Assembly (NCBI RefSeq): GCF_003704095.1 | Contig: NW_020845863.1 | Span: forward strand, 62,001 to 126,000 | Length of the DNA: 64,000 bases | Reading direction: 5' to 3' | DNA from: Pocillopora damicornis | Taxonomy: Eukaryota | Shown here: piece after piece, positions 12,474 through 27,400 of the stretch | Position numbering within the stretch: the stretch's first letter is position 1 | How the letters are laid out: each line of letters opens with the position of its first letter | The notes under the pieces: model-generated | Databases searched by the model: none | What the model saw: the letters and a program-made list of their open reading frames with translations, nothing else | Told to the model about the DNA's origin: nothing | Program-made: the position numbers and the translations under genes

Positions 12474-13916
12474 ATGAAGATAGTGCACTTTACTTTCCGT
12501 CGTTTCTTTAGTTGTTTCTCCTTTTTTATTACTTTTATAAAGAAAATTTTATTTAGAGGCCGTCAGAGAAAGTCTAGCCAGGGCGATAAGGATAGCATAC
12601 CAACTTCAGTGACTGTGAGCCGAGATCAGGTGAGCTTTATTTTGTCTTGTTTGCATGATCTTGTAAGCTTTGTGTTAATCTTGTACAGCTGAATGCAGAT
12701 GGAGTTAAATGGTCCGGCTTCGTTAATGGATATTGCTATTGACACAATTCAAATCATCAATATAGCCAAAGACATTCAGCATTGTAGGGGATTCGATTTC
12801 GTGACGTCGACGATGCAGATTCTCGTGCAAGTCTTCCTTGAATTGATCGAATTAAGCATAAATTTAATTGAGCCACGTATTTTGGAATAATTTGTGAAGA
12901 TATATATAGATACTTAAGCTTATTTTTCATGGAAAAGTCCCAGACGAACAAAATTACATCAATCGTCGTCTGATGTTTCATGGTGTTTGTAAATAAATAT
13001 CAGAAATTACTATTCAACCATTTTACTCCCCAGGTGTGACCAAAACTAAATTTCTCCTCACGACATCAATATAATTTTAAGAAAGAAGGTGATGAGAAGA
13101 AAGGAAAATATCAACCACGGCATATCTTCTAATAGAACACCAAATTTTAAGGGCTGAAATAATGAAAAATCTTGCATAAGCAGTGCTGAGAATTGGTACT
13201 TTGTTCTTGGAAGCCAAAGNNNNNNNNNNNNNNNNNNNNNNNNNNNNNNNNNNNNNNNNNNNNNNNNNNNNNNNNNNNNNNNNNNNNNNNNNNNNNNNNN
13301 NNNNNNNNNNNNNNNNNNNATTATCTTGTGGCACCTTGCAGAATTGCTCTAAAAAAGTCGCCCTTTTTTCCTTTGCTTATAGATTGTTCTCAAGAAGAAT
13401 AAAGGTTACCCTGATGGTGGTTATAATACACGCCCAGAGACTACACCAAGTCGCTTTAACTTTGATATGAGTTATAGCCCTGTAGAGGTAAGCTATACAA
13501 GTGAGACATTCACAGTGATGCACAGAACATTAAATAACCCAATCTTTACTTGCTTTATCTATAGATGGCCTATTATACAATGCGATATTCAGCCGTCTTA
13601 GCACAAAATCATGAACAGTAAACTGTGAATGATATATTCATTAAAACCTCTCCCAATTTTGTGACAAAGTTGTGATGTCAATTATTTTCAGCCTGAGCTT
13701 GGTACTTGGAATGATGAGTCTACTTCAGTATGGGATGAAGAAGCTGTTTCTGAGAAAGACATTGAGTGGGAAACAGAGAAATTAGTGAAAGAAAGAAAAC
13801 AGGCAGAGAGAGAACGACGTGCTCTGGAACAACAAAGAAGAAGAGAAGAGAGGGAAGCACTGAAGCACATGGACAAAAAAACACAAGGACATCTTGGAGT
13901 CAGACTCTCTACATAA
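12474..13916 (+). CDS. EBAG9: Receptor-binding cancer antigen RCAS1 / EBAG9 orthologue; middle exon(s) probably in gap 13220-13319
   Basis: Exon 12474-12629 (MKIVHFTFRRFFSCFSFFITFIKKILFRGRQRKSSQGD..IPTSV; N-terminal hydrophobic segment plus RxRK), exon 13383-13487 (IVLKKNK..SRF), exon 13692-13916 (ELGTWNDESTSVWDEE..KQAERERRALEQQRRREEREA..HLGVRLST*). The last exon matches the EBAG9 C-terminal coiled coil and GVKLS-type end. Confidence 0.88.
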
Positions 13917-14600
13917 CATTGTAACAAAAGGATTGTAACAAATTGATGCAGGATTCTTGTGTCTGGGCCTAATAAGTTACTCTTTTACTGCCAGTGAGTT
14001 AACAGTATTAAATTTCTCCTTACAATTTAAATATACTATCAAGCTTAACAGTTGTGAGAATTTAGAAAATAAGGAAGGAGATGGGCCTGATGTTACATTA
14101 AGTTATCAGTGATGGCCACCAAAATAAGTTTGTGGCTTCCATTGAGAAAGATAGTTTTGAGATCTTAAGAGTGCAAATGACAACATAGCTTCACACCTCT
14201 GAGTTGGTCTCTACTGATAACATGCAAAGAGTTTCAAAGGAGTATTTTAATGGAGAAGAGGGTAGGGTTTAAGACCCTGATTAGATTGCTGGAAATGTAG
14301 ATTGTGGATGGAATTCTTCGCTTGTTTACTGCAGTCAAATTGGTCAGTGACCCTGCTAAATGGTAGTTTCAAAGAAAGGAGTGTTGTTTGATAATTTTGT
14401 CCATTTTTTTGGGCTTGAAGTGTGCAACAGTAGGAAGAAGGTGAACATTGGTGCATATGTAACTTGATAAAGAAGAGGGAAGGGCTAGTTAGCAAAATTA
14501 TGAAAACAGGTTTTGAAAATAAACATTTGATGAATGACTTGTTCAGTTTGCATGATACATGAAATAGTCATCACATCATCATCATCATCACTGATGATTA

Positions 14601-14811
14601 TTACTCCTTAACCCTCAAAAGTCACAAGCATCTAATTTCTCCTTACAATAGCACCCTTGAATTAAAAATTAAGGTCATGAGAATAAAGGAAATGATTTAT
14701 AACTCTAGAAACTCTTGATTGTTAGACAAATTCTCTTTGAAAGTACCATAGGAAATGTATAGAGAACAGTACAATGAACTTGCATACTAATGCAAAGGTG
14801 TTAAGGGTTAA
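14601..14811 (+). mobile_element. ~210 bp non-autonomous MITE with TTAA/CCCT..AGGG/TTAA ends (piggyBac-like), subfamily 1
   Basis: Body AATTTCTCCTTACAAT..AAGGTCATGAGAATAAAGGAAATGAT..CAAATTCTC..AGAGAACAGT, ending AAGGGTTAA. Other copies at ~15086-15270, 40896-41107, ~45375-45575(-), ~58085-58298(-) and ~63097-63243. Confidence 0.75.
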
Positions 14812-15409
14812 CCTTGTTGATTACATTTGCATACAAAAATGTCAGCCCTATTGCCACTTTTAATTTGCTACTAATGCTATTAAGAAAATTTAACTACATG
14901 TCTCCCATGTATGAATGAAAAAATATACACTTTTTAACTATCAAAAATGAAGCAGCATACAATAAGATTAAATTAAATTAAAACTTCTATGAAACCTGGC
15001 ACAATTTCAACTAATTCTTTATTGGTGTTTCTTAATACAATTTATAAACAGCACGGTTGACGATCTACTATGCGGAAAGATCTCACTTTATCGCCTTAGA
15101 GAAACTGGCTTCTAACTTCTCCTTACAAGTATCACCCTTGAATTAATTATAAAGGTTATGAGAATTATGGAAATGATCACTGATTCAAGAAGGTCCTGAT
15201 TGTTAAACAAATTCTCCTTGTAAGTATCATTAGAAGAATGTGAATATTAGTGGTAGGTGCTAAGGGATAACACTTTGAAATTGTCTAAATCAAAAGAATG
15301 AAACGGAGCGGGAGATTTCTAAGGGATGACTGATTCCTTCATGTTCATTCCCTTGGCTTCCATTCTCTTCTGTTTATGGTTGCACTGGTCAACACTTGTC
15401 AGATATCTC

Positions 15410-18400
15410 TTATACAAATCCAAACGTTTTGGTCTTGATAGCCAGTAGAAGCTTGCTTTTAAGAATAGCACGTGAAGAGTAGAGTGGTATGTACAGCCGG
15501 GAGATACACGTATTAGCAGTGGGAAGCTGATGATCATGCGCAGGTTTGACTGTTACCGATGGTTTAGGTTGGAAACCTTCCTCGCTGGCAGGGAGTGCTG
15601 GGCTTGATGTCCAAAAATAGACCTTCAAATAAAGAGCTCTGTGTCATAAGCTACTCAAGCTAGAGGATCAACTGTGAACCAAAACTGTCAACTATGAAAT
15701 ATACGTTCTTTAACGATTGGTTTTAGATAAGTAACATTTCTTCAGCTGGATTAAATTCGTAGCCATTAAATAACGTCAAAAACTGGTTTCTGAGTAGTGT
15801 GTTCTAAACTTAGATATGGTTTAGAAACAGCTGTTTATTATCATTCATATAAACGTTTTAAACACACAAGACAAGTCTTTGACGAGCGTTTACAAATTCC
15901 CTTTCCACGGCCACAAGGTTACTATTTTCAGTAACATCCCCACGAAATTTCAACGCAGTAGAAGTGTGGTTATTTCACGTGCCCTGTAGGTTTTTTTTAC
16001 GTTCTTTACATTTGTACCATAGCTTCAATGCTCACCAAGTCTTGTCTATCCGAATTGCTCATCTTTTCAACAATGGACCAAAACCACTTCTTGAACTTGA
16101 GCAACTTTTCAGCTCCAGCACCTACCGAGAGCAAAGAGAAAGATGCAGGGTAAATGCAAACAACCGCGTGACACATGACGACACAACGACATCGCATCAA
16201 CATGGCATGACATCTGAGATCACATCATGCCAAACGATATGATAATTAACGGCAAATCATAGAACGTGGCACAAAAACAGGCGAAATGTTATTTGACTCA
16301 ATAACATCCTGTGCCTTGAAATGACACCACACTTCAAATGACGAGACCGCAGGCAATTTGACTATTACTTTCAGATATCTCCCATCTCATGGAATCAAGT
16401 GTGGCTCATGAAACCACATGGTGTCACATCGTAAATCATGTCATACGACTTAGCTCCACATGGCGTTGAACGACGTCAAATCAAACCTCAAGACATAACT
16501 TTGTACTCCATGACGTCACACCAGGACAGCATCGCAACGAATAACATGACAAACATGTTGTGATAAGATGTTACATCATCACGTTCATTTCATACCTCCA
16601 GTCTCGTCGTTAAAACAAGTGTAGCTCGTCAACTGTTGTACGTTCACCTCACCACAACCATTCAACAACAGGCGGAAATCTTCAGCTGTCAGGTTATCAA
16701 ATGCAGATAAGGGAATCACATCCAATACTCCATTTCGTAGAGCCTTCAACAAGAGTAACACAGTTTTAATTCCCAGGATGTGAAAATGTAAACACAGCGT
16801 TCGATACACTGCAGATCAAATCACAGCTTAAAAAGCCATTTGAACAAAGACAGATCTCTTCAACTCATACGTGAAGCACAAATTGAGTGCAAAACCTCTG
16901 CAAGTCCCTAAAAATAGGAACTAAACTTCTGCACGAACAAACATTTTGTACTCTACACTGTTTGGTAAGAATATTTTGAGGCACTTTTGACAATTAAACT
17001 TTGCAAAACCAGAAGAAGCCAATCAGAATAAAGACAAAAATAAGAAGGATCCAATGAGATCGAAAACTCCCTAAAGCGCGGGAAAACGCGATTGACCACG
17101 TAACGGCTTGTCTCTGTCTTGAATCTGATTGGTTCACATGGTGCGTGTTTGACTAACCTATCATACTTCCAATACTCTACAGGAAAATATTTAAAAACGC
17201 AGAAGAGTCATTCAAGTGATACTTCATACCATCCAAATTTACCTGGAGCGCCTTCTTGTTATGGCCCACCATTCTGTGCTCGGCATACAGTCGTACATAG
17301 TCATACACGTTAGATGGCGTCACAGAAACATTTTTTCCACCTTTGATCAATTCCACTTGGCCGCCATCGCCTTCCTCCACAGTGGCCTGGACACTAAATG
17401 TCAAGTCTAGGCCCTTGAAAATGTGCTCGGCATTTGGGGACGTGGCTTCGACGATGATTTTCCGTAAGCTTTCGTAGAGAGTAGGGTCGAAAAATGCCAG
17501 GTCGTGCCAACCAATCTACATTAAAAGAAAACTGTTTTTACCAATGGTCCCCTTTAATGGGTTAATTTATGATCTTAGAGATACTTGGTACATTTTAGAC
17601 TTCATGGTCCTCCCTCAAGGGTTTCAAAACGCACGTAATTACAATATAATTTAAAAGCAATTATTCTTTGAAGGCGCAATCATGTTNNNNNNNNNNNNNN
17701 NNNNNNNNNNNNNNNNNNNNNNNNNNNNNNNNNNNNNNNNNNNNNNNNNNNNNNNNNNNNNNNNNNNNNNNNNNNNNNNNNNNNNNCATCTCACGCAGCC
17801 AAAGGCTTAATATCAAACTAGTCGGTGAGTCATGAACAGCTTCACAATAGGACACAATTTCTCCTCTTTACCTTCCAGACACAAGAAGTAACTCAACAGC
17901 TTCCTCCACTCTCTGCCTCAATGTGTCTTCACTGGCCAACAGTAAAAGTAGCTGAGCAGGAGAAAGCTCGAGAAGCATGCCGGTGATCTTGCTGGCCAGA
18001 GACTGAAATAGAGTAAAAGGGAATGTTAAGTTGATCTAAGATCTTACTAACAATTCTTGACACTGTCTGCCATGTTGTTCTCATGATATTAACTCAGTGA
18101 ATTCCTCTTAAATCAAACAACATCCCTTGTAAGATCTCTGCGCTTGCTAATTATTTTTAGTGTAATTTTGTATTTAGCTATTTCGTCCTTTACTTTCTCA
18201 TACTTCCTCGTTAGTGTGTTTTTGTTAAGTTTGTTATCGTTTTTCTTCGTCAGTAACACATATTTTGCGCGTTTTTCATACCATCTAATGAGTGGTTTTG
18301 AGTCAAAATAGCCCCCGTAACAATAAGACATAAGTCGTTTTCTTACAGGCTGCAAGGCATGGACTCGAGGATACAGCCTCTCTCCTAAAGACTGCCTGTG

Positions 18401-21400
18401 GTACGGCAGTGGGTCACCATCGGGATCCTCTCCATCACCAGTGCTGCTGCCGCCACTGAAATGAAAAGCTCGTGCATCGGCTGACAGCTGTCTTCTTGCA
18501 TCACGTTCACGATCACGATCTCGCTTGTATCGGTAACTTGTTGCGCGTCTGATACGCTGAGCTATACCTGTTGGTAGATCAACACATCGTCAGTGTCTAT
18601 CACTTAGAGAAAGTTGTCTAATGCATCACGTGATCCCGATCACGCTTGTAATGGTAATTGTAGCACTTGTGATGTGCCGAGATTTATCTGGTGATACGTA
18701 ATATTTTAACTTTTTCAACACAGAGAAAACGGCCGTGTATCAAACTAAAAGGGAGAATTGTTGATCAGCTTCAACCGGTAGATAACAGTTATTCTGTCTT
18801 ATAAAATGTTCAGTACAGAACAGAGTTCTAATGATATTATCGAGACAGACAAAGGTTTAGTCAGGAGTAAAGAGCCCTTCTTTCATGTAATTAGGTCCTC
18901 TTCACCGATCCAGCAGAGTAACATCCGCTACTTCTTGGGAACGTTCTTAAGACGTCATCTGGTAAAATGGGGTCAGTTATTTAAGAGTAGCGATATTGAA
19001 GACCAAATCCAGCCTTACTTCTGCTATTATCAAGAGCTGGCAGCTTTTCTCCAGAAAGGAACGCTTCACCAACTGCAGTGTAATAACTTCTCGCCACACC
19101 GCTCCCCTCCCCTGGTTCGTCCTTGAATGTCACCTTAACACGGTGTATAGTCATTGGTCGAGACCTGGGACAGCGCCGGCCAAACTGTGTGTTTAACTGT
19201 CTGATGGTTTGTTGAATGAGAGAGGCACGGTCGCGTTCAACCTAGGAGTATGAAAAAAGAACTATTAGGGTCAATTCGTGTGGCTTACATGAAATACTTA
19301 GACTAAACACATACGCGAAAGTTAATGTAGCTTAAAGCGACTGACTGATTGACTTCCTCGCAGACAGCCTGAACGGTTATTTGCCTGACTGACTACCTGA
19401 TAGACTGCCTGTTTGCCTCTCTGCTTGCCTGATTGACAAACTGACTAGCATGCTAACAGATTGACAGACTGACAAATGACCTCCTACTTTGGATTCCACT
19501 TTAAGAAAAAGTCTCGTACCTCAATAGTCAAGTCACGCTGGGTGGAGTTCCTAAGCCGCTCCATCTCTCGCCTAAACTTGGTCTCTTTCACATCAAACCT
19601 GCCTAACTCGTTCAATACAGACGAAGGCTCGGATCCAACGTCTTCCAGAAATACCCGGCCGAATAACTCCACACACAACCTCCAGCGGCCCAACAGGGAG
19701 TTAGCAGAAGTTCCATTACAGATGACAGGTTTGGAAGAAGAGGTGGATGCCGTGGGATTAACAGTAGATTCGGAAATTTTGCCACCTGACGTTGAGGGTT
19801 CAACTGAAGACTCACTTTCTGTCACTAGAATCATGAGAATTCGAGAGTAGTTTTAAGTTATGTCTAATGTAATCTTCTCAGCAAAAACGTACTCCCAGCT
19901 TCTTTAGGGGCCTGCATCTATTGTTATTAACGTGCGTCAATTGAGAAAGTCTGCGTGTTCTTCACGATAAGAAATCTTCGACAGCCACTTAAAGCTCCGA
20001 AAAAGAGCATTTAATTACAGTACTTGAATATACGGGTATTTTGGACACACTAGCTTGTCCTTTATTCAGCTATTTTCTCCATGCACCCATACCAGGTGGA
20101 AAGACAGACTGACAATGTACTTGTTTTTGGTGACACAGCGAAACCTGTATTAAACAGGGTGGAACTTCAAATTGTGAATGGTAGAAAAGGAACTATCAGC
20201 TTAAAAAGCTGTCGGCTAAAAGGTTTCAAATAACAAATACGCGCACTCTTGGCGTCCGATGAGTATAAGCNNNNNNNNNNNNNNNNNNNNNNNNNNNNNN
20301 NNNNNNNNNNNNNNNNNNNNAAGGCCTTACTGTTCACGTCCATTGCAGACCAGAGCTGTCCCGTGGCGGCACCGCTGGTTGGTCTTGTAGTAAAGACCAC
20401 TGATTCAGAACCTTCCCTCGACAAAGCCATGCTGCTGACCATAGGTGCACCGCCGCGGCCACTGTCTGAATGCTCTTGTATAGTACCAAACATCTGCTCT
20501 CTGCGTGCTGTGGGGTGCAAAAGGTGTGGCTGAGAGGCAAGAGGTAAGGCTTCCTCTACAGGAGCCTGGTACGGGTCCGGAGGGGTGCAGCCTAGTACGG
20601 TGGTGGAGTCAGTTCGCACAAAGAAGCTGAAATCACAACATTTTGTGCACTGAGCATGAACTTACACCTACATGCAGACAACTTGGTAGATAAGTTGAAA
20701 GAGTTAAGAACCGCCCCAACTCAATTCCTCCCCCAAACTCCAATTCAACTATGTGCTTTTTCCAAGACGTCGCTTTAGATACAACGCATCTTTGTTGAAG
20801 GTTTTTGTTTCAAGTCATCTGTGTTTCACTTATTCGTAAAGGCGGGAAAAATTAAGATTTGAAGCCCTCAAATGATTCAATTTTGGAACAAAGAATGATG
20901 CCATCGTCTCAAAAACCAGATGCACCTCGCTAATGTACACCAACAAACCTGTGCAAATTTCCAGGTAAGGTAGGAGTGGGCATAGGTTCATCCTCAACAT
21001 GATCTGTATCATCTTCATATTCATCGGCGTCCCTCTTAAAACTCGCACTATCTTCATCATCGACATCATCACCACCTTCTTCATCGTTGGGTGTGTCAGT
21101 GGTAACAGTCTTCTCTGCACTGGATCGGTTCGCCTGAGAACTGGCGTTTGGGTTATTACGTATGTAGTAAACTAGAGCGTCCAGAACATAGGCAACATGG
21201 CGCAAGGAGGACACATCCAGTTTGGGTAGGGAGTCTCCGTGCTCGTTTGAATGGCCTCTCAAAAGGGAAAGAACGTACACCAAGAAGTCTTGTCGACCAG
21301 TGTCCAGGTTACTACTGGTCGCTCCATGTTTACTGTTTCAAAAGATGAAAAAGAACATTGACAAAAATAAATACAAAATAACTGGAAGCGGCTAAAGGCA

Positions 21401-24400
21401 CCAAAAGCTGTTTTATGTCAAATGCCGCTATCGCACGTATTCCATAACTATTCCAAAGAAAACTGCGCGAAAGAGCCCGTTTTGAATGTCCAACCAGCCG
21501 TGGGATTATAAAACTCTTCCCCTCAGCACTAAAACAAATCTTCCCTTCTGCCACCCGGTACGTCAGTTGCTGTCGGTGATGACAACTTCCTTACCCCTCT
21601 TCTGGTTAGGAATTAGAATTGTCGTTGGTTATTACAAATTTCGTGCTAAGATATTAGGCGTTGAGTCAGTTCTTTCAAACCTTAGTTTTCTTTACTAAGG
21701 AGCTTAAGTCTCGTTATGTCACTCCAAACTAACGCAATGTACTGTCTAAAATCACTTACCGTCTGACCACAGATCTTTTCCTTTTGTTCTCCAAAGCTCT
21801 CAGAAGCGTTGGGTCTTCCCGTGTTCTCCTGTCTTTGTTGGCTTTAGGATGAAACTCGTGAAGCGGATGGGAGGGGTGGGAGGGGTCGGTAGCTGCTGAC
21901 AGAGACAACCCAAACCTAAGCTGAGCTTCAGTGCAATCCAACACCACTGCCAGCCAGTTCCAAGCCGCTTGAAGCTGCTGGTCTGCCAGTACATTAATCT
22001 CTGCTAAGGCCGATGGGGTAGGTGTTAGGCTGTCTGCAGGGAGGGCAGACGGGTCCTGAGCGATGTTGAGCAGGTCGGTGACCTGAGAAACAGTAGAGCA
22101 CAAAGGATTGTTAGCTTTTTCACAAGAATAAAAGAATTGATTTCATTCCGTTACCTGCCACAAACACCGGGATATACCTCGTAAAGTAAAAGATACCTCT
22201 GTTTATGGCGCAATTTTTAATGGAGTGCCGACGGGAATCAAAGATTGCATAGAATTGGCCATACTGCGCCCTCTGTTTGGTTTACAAGACACCAGTGACC
22301 GCACGATCAACCAAAAACGAAACTAAACAAAATGGCGGCCTGATTATAGGCGTTTTCCCGCGCTTCAGAATGTTTTCTTATATTTCCCTTGAGCCTCCAC
22401 TGGCTGCTTGAGCAATTGTCTTCATTCTGATTAGCCGGTGAGATTACTCTGGTTTTGGTTTAACAACACTTGATTAACACACACTGTAATACACAGAAGC
22501 AACACACTCCCATGACAGTAAAATCTAAACCAAGCGTGTACCTCGTTGAAAACGAATCGGCCCAATCCACTTACCTCCCGGACAACAATACCAAAGGCCC
22601 GCGCCAGTGCACTGGCAGAGTTACTCATACTAAGTGCACCACTGGTCCCAGTTACTTCACTAGAGGCTGCAGTACTAGCAGCTGCGGCGTTGCCACCACT
22701 TCGTCTGAGTGAGCTGGAATCAACGTAGATAAACCCTGTACCGCTGGTGGGCTGCGGAGTGGCTGCACTATTACCTGCTGCTCTCGACTGGGAATTGTTG
22801 GCTCGTATTGCCCATTGCATGGCATGAGGGGTAGCGTTGGGGTCAACTCCTGAAAGACGGAATAAAAAAACATCATGGCTATAGGAATGGCGACACCTAT
22901 ATCAAAAGTGTAATTTCAGAAAATTTTCTTAAAATTTCGCTTTCACTTTTTTTCCTCCCTCGTGGGAAGAGACCTTTCCAAGGCACTGCGTACTGTAGCG
23001 TCGCTTCTTTATGTCTAGCATGGAGCGTAGATACTTTACCTCCAGTAGGTGGTCTGTTCTCGATACTCTCAGGTATATCATACGTTTCCACCACCACCTC
23101 TTCTTCTTCCTCTTCTTCTTCCTCCTCTTCTCCTGTAGATGATTCCTCTTCAGAGTACAACTCTACATGTTCACCATGCATGCTGGCGCTACCATCTGAA
23201 CCAACTAGTGAGCCTGTGACACGACTGCGGCGGACACTCTCAACAACGTTCACTTCACCGACCTGGTAACAAACAGACAGAAAAACAAAGGATTACTGGC
23301 GTGAATCTAAATTTGGAAAAGAGTCCGTAATACCCCTCTTATTAAATGTACCATCTGAAACTGGACGCTGGGAACAAACTAAATCGGACGAACCCTTGCA
23401 GAATCGGACGGAACCGCCAAAAATTTGAACGAACCCGTCCACGACTGAACGGATCCATCGAGAAGCGGATGGAGGCGTATTAAGTCGGGCAAATATCCCT
23501 GAAATCGGACGAAACCGTCCACAATCGGACTGAACCGTCGAAAACTGGACAGACTCCTTTACACTCGGGCGTAACCGACAACTAAGATCGGACACAATTC
23601 AACACGGCTGGCTGATGGTCACATGAGGCTTACACTAGTACATGTACGTGTCTGGAGGAGCAAGTTGTACCTGACTCTCTTCACTGTCACTCTCGCTCTC
23701 GGCAAGTAAATCCAAATCCATATCAGATTCATTCCCAGCTGCTCCGCTTTCAATTTCTTCATCTCCTACTTCTTCGTGGCTCTCTGTTTCCATCTCTCCT
23801 CCTTCAACAACCTGACAATAAAAACATAAAAAATTTCTTGAAATAAATACATATGCATTACTTGGAGCGTTGACAAAGCTATCCATTATCTCCTCACTAT
23901 TTAACAACAGAGTGACACATGACACTGTTACCTCTACTTCTTCTCCATCAACAGCTGGTCCTTCCACAGGCACAGCACTCTGTTCCTGCACACGAGGAAT
24001 AGTAACAGTCTGCCTCCTCCTGTGCCTCTGAGTTCGCACACGATGAATACTGGGTCTCTCCTGAGTGGCGGCTTCCTCCACCGAAGGCGTGGAGGGTCTC
24101 ATTGGTAATGGTTCCACAGTGAATAAATCCTCACTGGCTTGAGTAGCTTCTAGTGTAGAAGACAACAGACTGAATGGTTGCGCTGGGCGACAGATGCCAA
24201 GCCGAACTGGAGCTAAGATTGCATCGGCTACTTGGACAAGTTCCGGAATGGCAATGGTGGAAAGACACTGGAAAATGCGCTGACACTTGATCAACGGTTG
24301 CGCGACACCTCTGTTTCAAACAGGAAATGGAAACAAAACCAAATATATTAGCACTACTGAGTCCTGAGCTTGTTCAGTTTGAGAGATGAACACTAACACG

Positions 24401-27400
24401 CGTGCATAACCTTTTTTCTGGATAATGTATGAACATAATTGTACGAAGAAAGTGAATGGGTCCTCGGAAATGGACGCTTTACGGCGACAATACAGAATGT
24501 ATTAGAGAATTAGAGAAAACCAAACTTTCATGGTCAAGCAAATAACAACTTATGGACAAAAACACTTACACTTTGCGTTTGCCATTAGCAGGAGCCATTT
24601 GCGATGACAGGACAACAAACACTCTGGCTACAGATCTGATAAAGCGCTGAGCCAGGCTCAGTTCATCAGATTTGTGAGGATCGGTTGAGTTTTCAATCGC
24701 ATTGACCAGAGTAACTAGAAGAGGGTCAAGGATCTAAAATGTTAACAGAAAAATGGACAACAATTAATAGACTCAGCCACGTTACATGACTGAATTTGAC
24801 AATCATAGCTTGGTAGAATGAGATATCATGAGCCATGCTCTATTGATAGAAATGTAGAAGTCACACGTTACCTCTGGGCCGCACTTGGCTACAAGACAGT
24901 GTGTAAATGCATCCAGCCGGACTGTACCGGGCTGACTCTGAAGACGATCTTCTTGTTCAGTTAGAGGAATCAGTTGACTTGCACCAGCGTCGGGCAAACC
25001 ACTGCTCTCGTGCGCATGCGGTCTAAAAATGGTAAGTAGTTTAATCTTGTGGCCATGTAACTTACCGAGAGTAATACCATTTTTAATTTCGTTGAAAAGA
25101 TATTCTCCCTTATCCCTTTAACTCCCAAGATCTGATTGTCAATTCTCCCTCTCGCTGCTATACATCTCCTTGTACATTAGTAACGAGAATTTGGTGTTAA
25201 ATCAAGATAACAACTTCTACCTTTACAGTTTGAGTGTTTTCATTACCTGTTTGCTGGATAATGTATGGATATTGTAAGGAGAAGTTACATACTCCCTGCG
25301 CACGCAGTATTGCATGTTTCATTTTTTTCAGATTTCTAATGTAAACATTTAGGAGGGAAAGATCGATTTGGTATGACAACAAAAGATGTAAAAACTGTTC
25401 CAAGTTTACCTGGCATCTCCTGGCGTACGACAACCATCTCTCAACATTGCACTCACAGCTCTCCAGTCCTGTAGAATAAACTCTAGTGCCTTACGCGCGA
25501 ACCTTGGAGGATCCAAGTCGTGTTCAGGGAGAGGCAAGGGCGTTCCACTTGCACCAAGCGTCTTGGTCTTTGCTTTAGGACGTGTATCTGTTGTGGTACG
25601 ATGAGGTCGGAACTGTCGCTGCTCCACAGTTTGTCGAGCCACTGTTTGAGCCAAAAATAACAGCAAATGCTCTCCTCTGCAGAACGAATGGAAAGGTGCT
25701 TTAAAACACTGTGTTCTATAGTTAAAGCTTTAAGAGTGATATCAGTTAATAAAAGGAAAACATTTAAGGCCTGGCCATGCTTCAACAAAGTGAGGTATTT
25801 AGACTAAAAATCAGGAGTACCAATTTTAAGATTTGTCAGATATGTGTCAAACGTAATCCTTGGCTGTAATACTTTTGCATTGTTATTCAAAAAAAAATTT
25901 TCACGACTACATTCAACAGTTCCTATTTTCTTTCTTTTGTGTTCCATGTCGAGGAATTAGGGCAGCTAAGTCGACTAACCTTCCATTTGGTCGGCTTACT
26001 AGGTCAGTCTCTGAAACAAGTTTTTTAAGGAGCTGGGTGCGAGCAGCCTGGGAGCCTGGTACCAAGGCACGGCACTTGCACTTTTCCCAGCAGTCACAGT
26101 AAGCAGTGGGTGCCGTTCTTTTCAACCTGATTACATAACAAAAAACAGTGTGTTTAGTTTAAAAATATCATTTTAAAGTACATTCACTGAAAGACCTGGC
26201 ACAGCTGCTAGTCTTACTTGCAATCATGTCCTCTGTGGCAAACTCGCGCACACTCAGTACAACAACAGAGAGAACCAGTCAAACCACAAGTGCGGCATTC
26301 AAAGATGTCTTGATTTATGTGCTCGGTGCCGGTCCAAGTGAACGAACAAGTATCATTACAGCAGAGAACATGCAAAGGAGAGGCGTCTGGGTGACTGTCT
26401 GATGGACACAGCATGGACATCAGGACACTTCTGTCAATCTGTCCGTCTGGGCCAGTCGCCAGGTACTTGGCAGTGGCAAACAGATTGAGGGCAGGATAGT
26501 AGGACCGGCCGCGAACGGCAGCCATGAATGGGGTGCAGCCATCTGTATCCCTGAAGAATAGAGAAGATGTAGTAAATAGCAAGAACAAAAGAGTAACAGC
26601 TAACAGAAATCAAATAATGAAACCAGGGGGAATTTATACTTGTCTAAACAGGCTCTCTCTTATTTCCAGCTGACTGCTTCTCCTCTCTTTATAACTTAAA
26701 TATGTTTAATTTCAAATGCATTTGTTTTAAGGAGACGACTTAGTCTAGTAGTTTTAAGCGTTGTAGTCCTGGGTCCAACTCCTTCATTCTGATGCTCAAA
26801 TTCTTTGTTTCTCAGTTGTTCCGAGATAAACTTTCCACACTAAGTAATTTTATCAATTTCCTTCCTATTACTTCATACACTCGTCTACTTGTAATGGATT
26901 AACCCCAAAATCACTACAAGTGTTTAATACAAGATTAAAAGTTCTTCTTTTAAAAAATTTGGTAATCGAAATTTCATGTTTTAATGTAAGAAATTGAACG
27001 AGATGTTAATGAATTATCCCTCCTTACTTGGCTGTCATGAGTTGCAACAGGAATGGCGCTAATACAGCGCTATTACACAACAGATTCAGACACTTCAGAG
27101 CTTTAGTCTGTGTCGACAATGGTTCAGAAGACTTGCTGGAGCCTGCTGCCGCTGCTCCGGTTCCTCCTACTGCAGCAGCTGCTGTGGATGGCGCTGGTGA
27201 AGGAATTGTCCCTGACGGAGCCGGAGTTAATGGCGGACCTGCATCGTCATCTCGCGAATCTAAACAATGAAAGTTGAGGAAGGATTAGCATGTAATTTCT
27301 CCCTACGATTCCAATACGTAATCAGACAACACAGAAACTTATCAGCACGAAAAGGTTTATGTTGATATAACACCAAATTCTCTCGTTTGATGTCAAGGTA

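Noticed and set aside
12690-12890. Extra EBAG9 exon or 65 aa ORF after the acceptor-like TTGTACAG
   Set aside because: Reading in the EBAG9 frame hits TGA after 17 codons and lacks the expected W..W / PDYF.DM.P motifs, which probably lie in the gap.
13077-13470. ORFs spanning N-runs (also 17661-17855 and 20249-20533)
   Set aside because: Artefacts of translating assembly gaps.
23293-23595. 100 aa ORF in a UBR5 intron
   Set aside because: Produced by the 21 bp minisatellite. It is not UBR5-like, and the flanking exons appear to splice without it.
23380-23595. CRISPR-like array
   Set aside because: Units are degenerate and contiguous with no unique spacers; eukaryotic context and no cas genes.
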